The translations under genes were made by a program, and so were the position numbers. From Octopus sinensis (taxonomy: Eukaryota): a DNA stretch of 9,012 bases. Each line of letters starts with the position of its first letter. The first letter of the stretch is position 1. The stretch lies in assembly GCF_006345805.1 (NCBI RefSeq), contig NW_021828210.1, positions 1 through 9,012 of the forward strand. The letters run 5' to 3'. This document shows, piece by piece, positions 7,845 through 9,012 of the stretch. The notes beneath the pieces are model-generated. The model had not been told where the DNA came from and did no database searches. It was given only the letters and a program-made list of their open reading frames with translations.

Positions 7845-7906
7845 TGATTGATTGATTGATTCTAGTTTCAGCTCATGAGCTGTGGCCATGCTGGGGCACC
7901 ACCATT
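7845..7906 (-). mobile_element. Solo LINE/SINE 3' tail fragment with hairpin and (ATCA)n terminal repeats
   Basis: Minus strand AATGGTGGTGCCCCAGCATGGCCACAGCTCATGAGCTGAAACTAGA+(ATCA)n matches the LINE tail at 3497-3537. Confidence 0.75.
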
Positions 7907-8450
7907 ACATATATATATATATATACACACACATACACATATATTTATACATGCACATATATATACACATATTTGCTTAAATTTATAAATATATGTATAT
8001 ATATACATATATATATACATACATACATGCTTGCCTGCATACATACATACACACACATATATTGTGCAAATGTATATTGTATAAAGAGAGTGGGAGAGAA
8101 TGGGAGGTAAGAACAAAATCCTTTGCATATAAACAAAAGGTATATAAAATTATATATATATATATATGTGTGTGTGTCTGTGCGTGTGAATACACACACA
8201 CAAAAATGCACACAGACTCGCACGCATTGATCTAAAACGCTACCGTATATATAGCTTATTTCACTATGACACAGCCTTTTCAATACAGTAATTACGTATG
8301 CACTGTTTCGTATATATATATAGATAGATAGATACATACATTACATATATATACATATATATATATATACCTATAATATATATATATATATATATAATAT
8401 ATATTATATATATATATATACATACTTGCATACATACATATATACATCAT
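7907..8450. repeat. Degenerate TA/CA/TG microsatellite-rich low-complexity tract with short unique inserts
   Basis: Read directly; densest at 7907-8075, 8140-8200 and 8310-8450. Confidence 0.8.
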
Positions 8451-8690
8451 TAAATTATTCGACGTTTCAGTGCTTCCAATGTTATGCCAATCAGATCTGC
8501 CAGTTAACTGAAACTCAGTTTATATACATAGTATAACTATAATATCACCAGCCTCTACATACCAACCCAACACACTCGTCTCTACTCCTTTTGCCACTTA
8601 TTCTGTGTTTCCTCTTATCATTACATCCTACCTTTTCGTTTGGAACTCTGTAGAATGTGGAACTCTCTAGAATTCCCTGTCTTGGCATAA

Positions 8691-8880
8691 CTTTCTTTTG
8701 TTTTTTGTTTTTCTCTTTACAGACAACGACTTTTAAAGCAGCTTTCAAGATGAGCATCAATAACATTAATCTCACCCGTACAAAGTGGGGACTCACAAAC
8801 CAACTGATGTCACGTGGAGCTGTCTATTGTGTCTTCAAATCAAAAAATAAAATTAAAATAAATACATAAAAATGAATAAA
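8691..8880 (+). other. Candidate 3' splice acceptor and terminal exon of an unidentified host gene
   Basis: Polypyrimidine tract 8691-8718 ending in TACAG (AG at 8721-8722). Phase-0 frame stays open to a stop ending at 8869; AATAAA at 8846, 8857 and 8875. No protein family recognised. Confidence 0.3.
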
Positions 8881-9012
8881 GAAAAATATAGAAAAGCATG
8901 ACAAATGTAAAAATACACAATTCTTTTGTCTAGCTCCGTACCCAATCTGTTATTAATAATAACACTCTATCAGTTAGATCAAGTGGTAATCGATGATCGA
9001 AACTTTGCTTCT

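Noticed and set aside
8455-8500. Minus-strand CTGATTG...GAAACGTC resembling a decayed PLE hammerhead
   Set aside because: Core is broken (CUGAUUG) and no convincing stem I or II.
8641-8673. 17-bp-period duplication TGGAACTCTGTAGAAT / TGGAACTCTCTAGAAT
   Set aside because: Only two units; an ordinary slippage duplication.

Overview
AT-rich, repeat-dense, essentially non-coding eukaryotic DNA. The SINE, LINE and microsatellite repertoire resembles what I recall from octopus (coleoid cephalopod) genomes; that is an inference, not a database result. No intact gene is supportable, and most ORFs in the track are translations of microsatellites or low-complexity DNA. Contents in order: a decayed L1/Tx1-type LINE ORF2 C-terminus with a CCHC knuckle (1-843, minus), a cluster of three tRNA-derived SINE pieces (1664-2159), a probable hAT MITE, a CR1/L2-like LINE 3' end (3281-3540), a 125-bp TIR hairpin element, many microsatellites, and a possible host 3'-terminal exon near 8723. 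The most unusual structure is a ~2.5-kb fold-back (about 4093-6582). Two ~1.15-kb inverted arms of an extremely strand-skewed, internally repetitive sequence each carry an intact-looking minimal type I hammerhead ribozyme near the outer end. A third, different hammerhead-like motif lies at 6819-6853. This fits non-autonomous Penelope-like/retrozyme-type elements. An assembly artefact cannot be excluded from sequence alone.
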